A stretch of 64,000 bases of DNA. It comes from an uncultured Polaribacter sp. (GTDB taxonomy: Bacteria > Bacteroidota > Bacteroidia > Flavobacteriales > Flavobacteriaceae). Numbering within the stretch: position 1 is the first letter of the stretch; each line of letters opens with the position of its first letter. Position numbers and translations under genes: made by a program. Location of the stretch: NCBI GenBank assembly GCA_965233795.1, contig OZ247578.1, positions 313,878 to 377,877 of the forward strand. The letters are read 5' to 3'. This document shows positions 47,221 to 55,548 of the stretch, piece by piece. The notes beneath the pieces are model-generated. The model was not told where the DNA came from. It did not search any database and saw only the letters and a program-made list of their open reading frames with translations.

Positions 47221-48855
47221 TTACTTTGGATTTATGGTTTGCTGATATTGTTTTTTATTTTTTAATAATTTAAGGGCTTCGGAAATAACAATATCATTTT
47301 TTAGATGGTTTTTATAAAACCCTTCTTTATAATAATACCTTTTTAAAATTTCTTCTTTTAATTTAATTTTTATAAAATCTTTGTTTTTAGAAATTTCAGT
47401 AATCTTATGAGCTTTTAATTTTTCTTTGAGCTGAAAATATTCTTTAGTAACTAATTTTTCTTTTTCTAAAGAACCATATGCTTTTGTAAATAGTTTTTCT
47501 GGTTTGGTAACAAAAGTTGTGTCTGTTTTTAAGTATCGTTGAAATTCTTTAAAATCAGTGTTAGAAAATGTAAAATCAGATGCTTTGGCTATGCTAGGGT
47601 TTTTATAATAAAAGTCGGTTGCAAAATTAAAGATTGCATTCGATTGCAATAGCGTTTTTGTTTCAGTTGTTGGCTTTGTATAAGATACTTCTATATCGGG
47701 TAAAATACCACCGCCATCAAAAACAGTTCTTCCGTTTTTTGTTGTAAATGTATTCACGCCACTGTCAGAAAATTTAGGAACGTTTCCGTTTTCATCTCTA
47801 TTTGCATAATCTAATTCTTGAATGCACCTTCCGCTAGGCGTATAATATTTAGAAATGGTTACTTTTAGCTGTGTTCCGTAGGTTAATTCTCTGTAGCGTT
47901 GTACCAGGCCTTTTCCAAAAGAACGTTTGCCCATAATAACCGCTCTATCATAATCTTGCAAGGCACCACTTACAATTTCTGAAGCAGAAGCAGAAGATCC
48001 GTTCACCAAAACTACAATAGGAATCTCTAAATCTAATGCTTTGTTGGTAGCTTTATAAGTAGCACTCCATTTTTTTATTTTTGCTTTTGTGCTTACAATA
48101 ACACTTTCTTTAGGCAAGAAAAAATTCGAAATTCGAATGGCTTCTAATAACGAACCACCAGGATTATTTCGTAAATCGAAAATAAGTTCTTTCATACCTT
48201 CTTTTTTTAAAGCTCTAAAAGCTTTCTTTACTTCAGAAGAGGCTTTCTCATTAAACCGAGTTAAAGTAATATACCCTATTTTTTCATCAATCATTTTGTA
48301 AAACGGAACCGGATTTACAGTTACTTTTTCTCTTGTTAATTGTTTTGCTATTGTTTTTCCTTGCCTTGTTACTTCTGCTGAAAAAGAACTGTTTGGCGTT
48401 CCTTTTAAAAATAAAGAAAGCTGCTCTCTTTTCATGTTTTGTAAAGATTGTCCATCAATTTTTGTAATCACATCTCCTACAAGTAAGCCCGCTTTATCGG
48501 CAGTATACCCTTTGTAAATTTCAGCAATTGTAATTCCTCTATTGTCGTATTTTACAGCAACTCCAATACCACCATATTCTCCTTCTCTAGCAATTTTAGC
48601 ATCCTCTACATCTTGTTCGTTGTAATAATTTGTATAAGGGTCTAAATCTTTTAGCGTATTTTTTATGGCTTTTGTGGTGAGTTCTGCAGGGTTTATTTCA
48701 TCTACATAGTACATGTTTAATTCTTTAAACAAGGTTGTATAGATTTCTAATTGTTTGGCGATTTCGAAAAATTTCGATTGAAATGAAAATGATATAAATA
48801 CCAATCCAATGAATAAAATAAAGACGGTTTTCTTTTTAAAATAGTATGGTTTCAT
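47221..48855 (-). CDS. ctp: S41-family C-terminal processing peptidase with PDZ domain
   Basis: 544 aa. PDZ (GLLVGDVITKIDG), catalytic Ser region VLVNGSSASASEIVSGALQD, Lys region GKRSFGKGLVQ. Confidence 0.92.
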   Translation of the reverse strand: MKPYYFKKKTVFILFIGLVFISFSFQSKFFEIAKQLEIYTTLFKELNMYYVDEINPAELTTKAIKNTLKDLDPYTNYYNEQDVEDAKIAREGEYGGIGVAVKYDNRGITIAEIYKGYTADKAGLLVGDVITKIDGQSLQNMKREQLSLFLKGTPNSSFSAEVTRQGKTIAKQLTREKVTVNPVPFYKMIDEKIGYITLTRFNEKASSEVKKAFRALKKEGMKELIFDLRNNPGGSLLEAIRISNFFLPKESVIVSTKAKIKKWSATYKATNKALDLEIPIVVLVNGSSASASEIVSGALQDYDRAVIMGKRSFGKGLVQRYRELTYGTQLKVTISKYYTPSGRCIQELDYANRDENGNVPKFSDSGVNTFTTKNGRTVFDGGGILPDIEVSYTKPTTETKTLLQSNAIFNFATDFYYKNPSIAKASDFTFSNTDFKEFQRYLKTDTTFVTKPEKLFTKAYGSLEKEKLVTKEYFQLKEKLKAHKITEISKNKDFIKIKLKEEILKRYYYKEGFYKNHLKNDIVISEALKLLKNKKQYQQTINPK

Positions 48856-48916
48856 AAGCTCTTACGATTTACCATTCAACAATTATACAGTTGTAGAATT
48901 ATAGAATTTATGCTTT

Positions 48917-49291
48917 TTATTTTTTTACTTCACGAATGAATAAGGTTAATAATTTTTCCATTTTTTTATAAATCTCTTCGTATTTCCATTCTTCTTTTCC
49001 AATATAAGAAATCATAAAAATATAGGGTTCTTTTAATTCGTCATAAACAATCTGCTTTTGCAAGCGATACGTTTCGCGTAGCAATCTTTTAATACGATTT
49101 CTCTCTACGGCCAATTTAAAATTTCGTTTTGGTACAGAAACTGCAACCTGACAAGGAAATTTAGAAGTATGTGCTGATTGCACATATACCATTCTTAAAG
49201 GAAAAGCCTTTATAGATGTTCCATCTTTATAAAGTTTTTCTATTAATTTTTTACTTTTTAATCGTTCTTCCTTGCCAAAGGTCATTCTCAT
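48917..49291 (-). CDS. rnpA: Ribonuclease P protein component
   Basis: 124 aa, basic. FGKEERLKSKKLIEKL...AFPLRMVY...AVERNRIKRLLRE is the RnpA pattern. Confidence 0.85.
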   Translation of the reverse strand: MRMTFGKEERLKSKKLIEKLYKDGTSIKAFPLRMVYVQSAHTSKFPCQVAVSVPKRNFKLAVERNRIKRLLRETYRLQKQIVYDELKEPYIFMISYIGKEEWKYEEIYKKMEKLLTLFIREVKK

Positions 49292-49567
49292 AATTACAAA
49301 CTTACTAGAAAAGGATAACTTTTTAAGGATTTCTAGTCGCTATCTTTAAAAAAGTTCCCTATTTTTAGTCTCTAAAAATGAAGAATTTCAATATGATTTT
49401 TGTTAAAAATTAAACAATAATTAATAAATTTGTTAAAATTTTTTATAAAAGTATTTGTATGAAATTTCCACAACTAAATTTCTATACACAGAAGAATGAC
49501 TTTATGGAAGTTGCACCTGTTTGCCGACAGGCAGGTCTGACAAATAAAAAACAAATTATATAGACAG

Positions 49568-50746
49568 ATGAAACCAGATGTATTCCAAGCCCCAGATTAT
49601 TATCAGATAGATGATTTACTTTCTGAAGAGCATAAATTAGTAAGAGATGCTTCTCGTGAGTGGGTAAAACGTGCTGTCTCTCCAATCATTGAAGATTATG
49701 CACAACGTGCAGCCTTTCCTGAACAAATTATTGGTGGTTTGGCAGAAATTGGCGCTTTTGGACCTTATATTCCTGAGGAATATGGCGGTGCAGGATTAGA
49801 TCAAATTTCTTACGGACTAATTATGCAAGAGATTGAACGTGGAGATTCTGGTGTTCGTTCTACGGCTTCTGTACAATCTTCTTTAGTGATGTATCCTATT
49901 TACAAATATGGAAATGAAGCACAACGTAAAAAATATTTGCCGAAACTGGCTTCTGGAGAGTGGATGGGTTGTTTTGGATTAACAGAGCCTAATCATGGTT
50001 CTAATCCTGGCGGAATGGAGACCAAATTTAAAGATATGGGCGACCATTATTTGTTAAATGGTGCTAAAATGTGGATTTCCAACGCGCCTTTTGCACAAGT
50101 TGCTGTGGTATGGGCAAAAGATGAAAATAATCGAATTCACGGATTGATTGTAGAGCGGGGAATGGAAGGTTTTTCTACACCAGAAACGCATAATAAATGG
50201 TCTTTAAGAGCTTCTTCTACTGGAGAATTAACTTTTGATAATGTAAAAGTGCCTAAAGAAAATTTATTACCAAATAAATCTGGATTAGGCGCCCCTTTAG
50301 GGTGTTTAGATTCAGCAAGATACGGAATTGCTTGGGGTGCTATTGGCGCTGCAATGGATTGTTATGATACTGCTTTGCGATACAGTAAAGAACGCATGCA
50401 ATTTGGCAAGCCCATTGGGCAGTTTCAATTACAACAAAAAAAGTTAGCAGAAATGATTACCGAAATTACCAAAGCACAATTATTGGCTTGGCGTTTGGGG
50501 GTTTTACGAAATGAAGACAAAGCAACTTCTGCACAAATTTCTATGGCAAAAAGAAATAATGTAGAAATGGCAATTAATATTGCTAGAGAAGCTAGGCAAA
50601 TGTTAGGCGGTATGGGAATTTCTGGTGAATATTCCATCATGCGCCATTCTATGAATTTAGAAAGCGTAATTACCTATGAAGGAACCCATGACATTCATTT
50701 GCTCATCACAGGATTGGATATTACAGGATTGAATGCGTTTAAATAG
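49568..50746 (+). CDS. gcdH: Acyl-CoA dehydrogenase, glutaryl-CoA dehydrogenase-like
   Basis: 392 aa. GCFGLTEPNHGSNPGGMETK, YEGTHDIHLL C-terminal motif. Confidence 0.88.
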   Translation: MKPDVFQAPDYYQIDDLLSEEHKLVRDASREWVKRAVSPIIEDYAQRAAFPEQIIGGLAEIGAFGPYIPEEYGGAGLDQISYGLIMQEIERGDSGVRSTASVQSSLVMYPIYKYGNEAQRKKYLPKLASGEWMGCFGLTEPNHGSNPGGMETKFKDMGDHYLLNGAKMWISNAPFAQVAVVWAKDENNRIHGLIVERGMEGFSTPETHNKWSLRASSTGELTFDNVKVPKENLLPNKSGLGAPLGCLDSARYGIAWGAIGAAMDCYDTALRYSKERMQFGKPIGQFQLQQKKLAEMITEITKAQLLAWRLGVLRNEDKATSAQISMAKRNNVEMAINIAREARQMLGGMGISGEYSIMRHSMNLESVITYEGTHDIHLLITGLDITGLNAFK

Positions 50747-50789
50747 AGTTATAGGTTTTGTTATATATTTATATGTTTAATTGACATAT

Positions 50790-51614
50790 ATGAATATAAC
50801 AGAAAAATGCTTAAAGTGTTTACAAATTCAAGATTGGAATGAGCTTAATTTAATTCTTTCTGATGAAAAAAATTGCTTAGAACTTCGTGATGACCCAATT
50901 TTTTCAATTTTTGAAAACAATTTAGTTGAAGAAATAAAAAATATTGATAATTCTAAAAATGATTCTGCTTCGATTGTTCTAGCTAGAATTTTTCAGTTAA
51001 ATCAAAAAAATAAAACTTTAGTTCTTTCTAGTTCTTGTATTAAAAAAATTGCAGAATATTTATTTGAGAAATTCCCTTCCGAAGAGTATGCTAAACATTT
51101 GGAAGGTAATAAAAAAGCGAATGAATATCTAATTAATAAAGAAAGTCAAATAGATAGAGTAATTGAAAAAACTATACTTTCTGCAAATCTTGACATTAAA
51201 ATTGGCAAGAATGATAGATTAAACTTCTCAAAATCAATTTTTAATTCTCCACCAGAGTATGAATTGTATAAAGCTTCTTTGAAAATATTTCCTGATAAAA
51301 TCATATACCCAAATGTTGCATTATCAACAATTATTAATTTTAAAGTTAATAAATTTTTAGATTCAAAACATCAGACATTCTTTCTCAAATCTACATTGGA
51401 TTTATGTGTGGTTAATAAAGAAACATTTATTCCTGAATTATTTATAGAGTTAGATAGTAGTTGGCACGATAAACCAAAGCAAATTGAAAAAGATAAAATG
51501 AAAGATTATATTTTTGAAATGGCTGGTTTGAAACTTATTAGATTGAGAAAAAAACAAAATAAAAAAATGCTAGAAATATTTGAATTATATTTAAAAACAA
51601 TGGAGTCAATATAG
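50790..51614 (+). CDS. Hypothetical protein with C-terminal DUF2726-like (PD-(D/E)xK-type) domain
   Basis: The ORF-track frame starts at TTG 50781; the first ATG is at 50790. The C-terminal LDLCVVNKETFIPELFIELDSSWHDKPKQIEKDKMKDYIFEMAGLKLIRL fits the D...E-x-D-x-x-H...D...G-hhh-R pattern of DUF2726. Confidence 0.55.
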   Translation: MNITEKCLKCLQIQDWNELNLILSDEKNCLELRDDPIFSIFENNLVEEIKNIDNSKNDSASIVLARIFQLNQKNKTLVLSSSCIKKIAEYLFEKFPSEEYAKHLEGNKKANEYLINKESQIDRVIEKTILSANLDIKIGKNDRLNFSKSIFNSPPEYELYKASLKIFPDKIIYPNVALSTIINFKVNKFLDSKHQTFFLKSTLDLCVVNKETFIPELFIELDSSWHDKPKQIEKDKMKDYIFEMAGLKLIRLRKKQNKKMLEIFELYLKTMESI

Positions 51615-51739
51615 ATTTATAAAAGTCTTTAAATAATTGTGAAATCGAAAAATAGTTTAATAACTCTATTTATAATTAATCATATTTTTAGCTACTCTAA
51701 AAACTCAAGAATTTAATAATCATATCTTTGTAAACTCCA

Positions 51740-52864
51740 ATGAAAGCACAACAGATTACATATATATCGCTTGGCACAAATCAAGGAAATAAAATTCAAA
51801 ACCTACAAAAAGCAATTGATTTTATTGGAAAAAGGATAGGTGATGTGCTAAAAATTGCTCCTGTTTATAAAACACCTTCTTGGGGATTTGACAGTCATGA
51901 TTTTTTAAATACATGCGCTAAAGTCGCCACCTATTTATCGGCAGAAAAAGTAATGACTCTTTTGCTAGAAATAGAAACAGCCTTAGGAAGAGAAAGAAAA
52001 GAAACAAAAAACTATACAGACAGACCTATTGATTTAGATATCCTACTGTTTGAAGATGAAATTATTCTTTCTAAACAATTACAGATTCCACATCCTAGAA
52101 TGTTAACGCGTAAATTTGTTTTAGTGCCTTTAGCAGAAATCGCCAAAGAAGTAAGGCATCCTCTACAGAAAAAAAGCATCCAAGAATGTTTAGAAGATTG
52201 TTCCGATAGTGCTACTATTTCTCTATTTCCTGAAAAATTAAAACGTCCAATTTCCATTACAGAGAAATACAACTATATAGCTATTGAAGGAAATATTGGT
52301 TCTGGAAAAACATCTTTAGCCAAACGAATTTCCCATCAATTCAATACAAAAATTGTTTTAGAACGTTTTGCTGAAAATCCGTTTTTACCAAAGTTTTACC
52401 AAGACAAAGAGCGTTATGCTTTCCCTTTAGAAATGAGTTTTTTAGCAGATCGATATCAACAATTAATGGACGATTTGGCGCAATTCGATTTGTTTAAAAA
52501 CTGTATTGTTTCGGATTATTATATTTTTAAATCGCTCATTTTTGCGCAAGTTACTTTGGTTAAAGATGAATATGCTTTGTATAGAAAAATGTTTGATGTA
52601 TTGTATAAAGACATTACAAAACCAGATTTGTATGTTTATTTATATCAAAATACAGATAGATTGCTAGAGAATATTAAAAAACGAGGAAGAGATTATGAGC
52701 AAAATATTGAGTCTCAATACTTAGAAAAAATTCATGAAGGGTATATCAATTTTATAAAGACGCAACCGAATTTGAACACCTTAATTATTGATATTTCTGA
52801 ATTGGATTTTGTAGCAAACGAAGAAGATTATCTAAAAATTCTGAATACAATAAGGTTGCATTAA
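51740..52864 (+). CDS. folK: Fusion protein: HPPK (2-amino-4-hydroxy-6-hydroxymethyldihydropteridine diphosphokinase) N-terminal domain + deoxynucleoside kinase C-terminal domain
   Basis: 374 aa. Residues 1-~160 are HPPK-like (YISLGTNQGN, PVYKTPSWGF, RPIDLDILLF, IPHPRM). From ~176 the sequence is dNK-like (IAIEGNIGSGKTSLAKRI, ERFAENPFLPKFY, DR motif). There is no stop between the two parts. Confidence 0.85.
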   Translation: MKAQQITYISLGTNQGNKIQNLQKAIDFIGKRIGDVLKIAPVYKTPSWGFDSHDFLNTCAKVATYLSAEKVMTLLLEIETALGRERKETKNYTDRPIDLDILLFEDEIILSKQLQIPHPRMLTRKFVLVPLAEIAKEVRHPLQKKSIQECLEDCSDSATISLFPEKLKRPISITEKYNYIAIEGNIGSGKTSLAKRISHQFNTKIVLERFAENPFLPKFYQDKERYAFPLEMSFLADRYQQLMDDLAQFDLFKNCIVSDYYIFKSLIFAQVTLVKDEYALYRKMFDVLYKDITKPDLYVYLYQNTDRLLENIKKRGRDYEQNIESQYLEKIHEGYINFIKTQPNLNTLIIDISELDFVANEEDYLKILNTIRLH

Positions 52865-53199
52865 CTCTTTTTTAATTCTAATTTTTCAGCAAAATACTCA
52901 CAAAAATCACGCATGGTTGCCGCCATTTTTTCATCATTGGTAGCCCGTTCAAAAGTACTTGCCATCGCGGTTAATGTTTGGTGAAAAAACTGTTTCATCT
53001 CATCAACAGGCATTTCTTTCGTCCATAAATCCATACGTAAGGTGTCTTTTTGTAAATGATCCCAAACAGAAATCATAATCGCTTTAGAAGATTCATTTTC
53101 AATACCGCCATCTGCTGCTGTCCAAGAAATTTCTTCGGGAACTTTATTTTCATCTAAACCAACTTTAAATTTTATTTCTGAAGTATGTTTTACTGCCAT
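52861..53199 (-). CDS. gldC: Gliding motility protein GldC
   Basis: 112 aa. SEIKFKVGLDENKVPEEISWTA...; adjacent to gldB, as in Flavobacterium. Confidence 0.88.
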   Translation of the reverse strand: MAVKHTSEIKFKVGLDENKVPEEISWTAADGGIENESSKAIMISVWDHLQKDTLRMDLWTKEMPVDEMKQFFHQTLTAMASTFERATNDEKMAATMRDFCEYFAEKLELKKS

Positions 53200-54161
53200 T
53201 ATCTTTTGGGTTTGTATTTTGATTTTTTAAATAATTCTGAAGGGTCTATTTGTAGTAATTCTTGTAAAGATACAGTATTGTTTTTCATATAAGCATTTAC
53301 AATTTGTGTACCCATCCAAGAGCCAATTCTACTTGGTGATAAATTGTCTTGCGATAAATAAAATTTAGAAAACGGCCCTATATCTATAAAGCGTTTGTCC
53401 AATGCTAAATCTGAACTATATAACAATTGATTTTCTATAAAATATTTCCAAATTTGTTCTTCGTTTGCCTTTGCCCAAGCTAATTTTTCTTCCGCATAAC
53501 CCCATTTTTCTTTTTCTGAAAGAAGCGGTAAATACAAATCTCTTACATACCCTTTTTTACCTTCTTGAACAATTTTACTAATAAATCGTTGGTCTTTTAC
53601 AGGTTGTATTTGACGCTCTATAATTGTATTGGCAACATCTACAACAATATGTTCTTTGTGGTTGTTTTGTTTGACATATTTTGGATAACTGCCATAAAAA
53701 GGATGCTCTTTACCTAAATACGCATCTAAGGAAATTAACAGTAAATTATCTGCGTATACAATTCGATTGTTATAATCAATGTTGGTTAATAGTGTAATAA
53801 CATTGGGTACTTTAAACTTAGGATTGTAATATTTTACATGCTGAAATATGTTTTTTAATTGTCCTTTTACCTTTGAAAAATCAGCATAAACCTTTTGTGT
53901 TTCGTCAAACAATTCTTGTTCGTCTTTGTCATTTATTTTTGAAATCCAAATATTATCTGGAGTTTGAGCAGGAAACAATAAAGGATATTCTTTTTTGAGT
54001 TTTGGTAACGTTTGTTGAGTAGCCTTATAAAAGTCAATATCAAATCTTTTTACAGAGAAATCAACATTGATATGAGAAACATCTATCAACTGTTTTTCTT
54101 CATTGTTACAAGATGTAAAAAGAAGGACGCATATTAAAAATGATAAAAAAACTTTCGCCAT
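53199..54161 (-). CDS. gldB: Gliding motility lipoprotein GldB
   Basis: The ORF-track frame extends to 54221. The Met at 54161 gives the lipoprotein signal MAKVFLSFLICVLLFTSCNN. GldB-like length, in the gldB-gldC / nadE context. Confidence 0.86.
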   Translation of the reverse strand: MAKVFLSFLICVLLFTSCNNEEKQLIDVSHINVDFSVKRFDIDFYKATQQTLPKLKKEYPLLFPAQTPDNIWISKINDKDEQELFDETQKVYADFSKVKGQLKNIFQHVKYYNPKFKVPNVITLLTNIDYNNRIVYADNLLLISLDAYLGKEHPFYGSYPKYVKQNNHKEHIVVDVANTIIERQIQPVKDQRFISKIVQEGKKGYVRDLYLPLLSEKEKWGYAEEKLAWAKANEEQIWKYFIENQLLYSSDLALDKRFIDIGPFSKFYLSQDNLSPSRIGSWMGTQIVNAYMKNNTVSLQELLQIDPSELFKKSKYKPKR

Positions 54162-54220
54162 GTTTTGTATCTTAGCTGGGTATAAATAACGAACGTCAAA
54201 AATACTAAAATAGTTTTTCA

Positions 54221-55009
54221 ATGAATACTGAAAAAGTAACGAAACATATTGTAAACTGGTTAAAAGCGTATGCTGAAACTGCCCATGTAAAAGGATTTGT
54301 TGTGGGAGTTTCGGGAGGTATAGATTCTGCAGTTACTTCTACTTTATGTGCAAAAACAGGATTGCCTGTATTGTGTGTAGAAATGCCCATTCATCAAGAG
54401 CAAAATCAAGTTTCAAGAGCGCAAGAACATATTAAAGATTTAAAACATCGTTTTTCGAATGTTCAAAGTGGTCAGGTAAACCTTTCGGACACTTTCGAAA
54501 CATTTAAAAGTAGCGTTCCTTCTATGAAGGATGTTGCCAAAGTAGATTTGTCTTTGGCAAATACAAGAGCTAGATTACGGATGACTACGTTATATTATTT
54601 GGCAGGATTGCATGATGCCTTGGTTGCTGGAACTGGAAATAAAGTAGAAGATTTTGGAGTAGGATTTTATACAAAGTATGGTGATGGAGGCGTAGATGTA
54701 AGCCCTATAGCGGATTTAATGAAATCTGAAGTGTACGCATTGGCACATTATTTACAAATTTCAGAGGCTATTCAAAAGGCAGCTCCTACAGACGGTTTGT
54801 TTGGAGATAGCAGAACCGATGAAGATCAAATAGGCGCTTCTTATGATGAATTAGAATGGGCAATGCAAATGCAAAATTTAGGTAAAAAAATAACTGACTT
54901 TTCTGGTAGAGAAAAAGAAGTTTATCAAATTTATACGCATCTAAACACTAGGAATCAGCATAAAATGCTGCCCATACCCGTTTGTGAAATTCCAGATAGT
55001 TTAAAATAA
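54221..55009 (+). CDS. nadE: Ammonia-dependent NAD+ synthetase
   Basis: 262 aa. PP-loop VVGVSGGIDSAV, full-length NadE-like sequence. Confidence 0.95.
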   Translation: MNTEKVTKHIVNWLKAYAETAHVKGFVVGVSGGIDSAVTSTLCAKTGLPVLCVEMPIHQEQNQVSRAQEHIKDLKHRFSNVQSGQVNLSDTFETFKSSVPSMKDVAKVDLSLANTRARLRMTTLYYLAGLHDALVAGTGNKVEDFGVGFYTKYGDGGVDVSPIADLMKSEVYALAHYLQISEAIQKAAPTDGLFGDSRTDEDQIGASYDELEWAMQMQNLGKKITDFSGREKEVYQIYTHLNTRNQHKMLPIPVCEIPDSLK

Positions 55010-55132
55010 GTTTAAACTTACCATTCTTTTTTTTATTTCTACATACATCCTTCTTTTAGAACCATTAGAGAGCGCTAAAGGAATTTGAACAAATAATAAA
55101 ATGACTTTTAAAAGGTGTAGTAATTTTTTCAT
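55001..55132 (-). CDS. Candidate small protein (43 aa) MKKLLHLLKVILLFVQIPLALSNGSKRRMYVEIKKRMVSLNLF
   Basis: Hand-translated; it is below the ORF-track length cut-off. Paralogous to 55192-55320. A TAnnTTTG box lies 40 nt upstream. Confidence 0.4.
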   Translation of the reverse strand: MKKLLHLLKVILLFVQIPLALSNGSKRRMYVEIKKRMVSLNLF

Positions 55133-55172
55133 AAACAAATACTTTTACTTTTTGATGTAACAATAATTACTG

Positions 55173-55180
55173 CAAATTTA
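55173..55180 (-). promoter_or_regulatory. Candidate -7 promoter box (TAAATTTG on the minus strand) for small ORF 55001-55132
   Basis: Plus-strand CAAATTTA is the reverse complement of TAAATTTG, which matches TAnnTTTG. It lies 40 nt upstream of the small-ORF ATG. Confidence 0.3.
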
Positions 55181-55191
55181 AAATTTGTTGT

Positions 55192-55320
55192 TTAAAAAAA
55201 CAAGAAATGGATTCTTTTTTTTATTTGAATGTAGATTCTTCTTTTAGAGCCATTAGAGATCGCTAGGGGAATTTGAATAAGCAGAAAAACTGTTTTTAAA
55301 ATACTTACTACTGTTTTCAT
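55192..55320 (-). CDS. Candidate small protein (42 aa) MKTVVSILKTVFLLIQIPLAISNGSKRRIYIQIKKRIHFLFF
   Basis: Hand-translated. It shares the core L-[FL]-[VI]-QIPLA-[LI]-SNGSKRR-x-Y-x-x-IKKR with the neighbouring small ORF. Confidence 0.4.
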   Translation of the reverse strand: MKTVVSILKTVFLLIQIPLAISNGSKRRIYIQIKKRIHFLFF

Positions 55321-55548
55321 AATGAATTTGATTTTTATAACTTTTTAAATTTTATAACACTTTTACTAAACAGACTCTTTTATCAAAGAAAACTTACAAT
55401 AAAGAGTATGTTTTTTATTAAGACAATTAAATCATAAAAAAGCCTACCTTGTTTTATAAGGTTCAGTACAAAGATGTATTATAAAAAAAGATTTTAAAAA
55501 GGAAATATACTGAAAGAAGAGGGTGAAAACCCCTTTTTTAAATAAGGA

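Noticed and set aside
49292-49567. I expected rpmH (ribosomal protein L34) upstream of rnpA. There is also a GC-rich imperfect hairpin, CACCTGTTTGCCGACAGGCAGGTCTGAC, at about 49515-49542, and the track ORF 49482-49685.
   Set aside because: No arginine/lysine-rich small ORF is present on the minus strand, so rpmH is not here. The hairpin only loosely resembles family C and has mismatches, so I do not count it as a copy. The track ORF overlaps the gcdH start in antisense and looks spurious.
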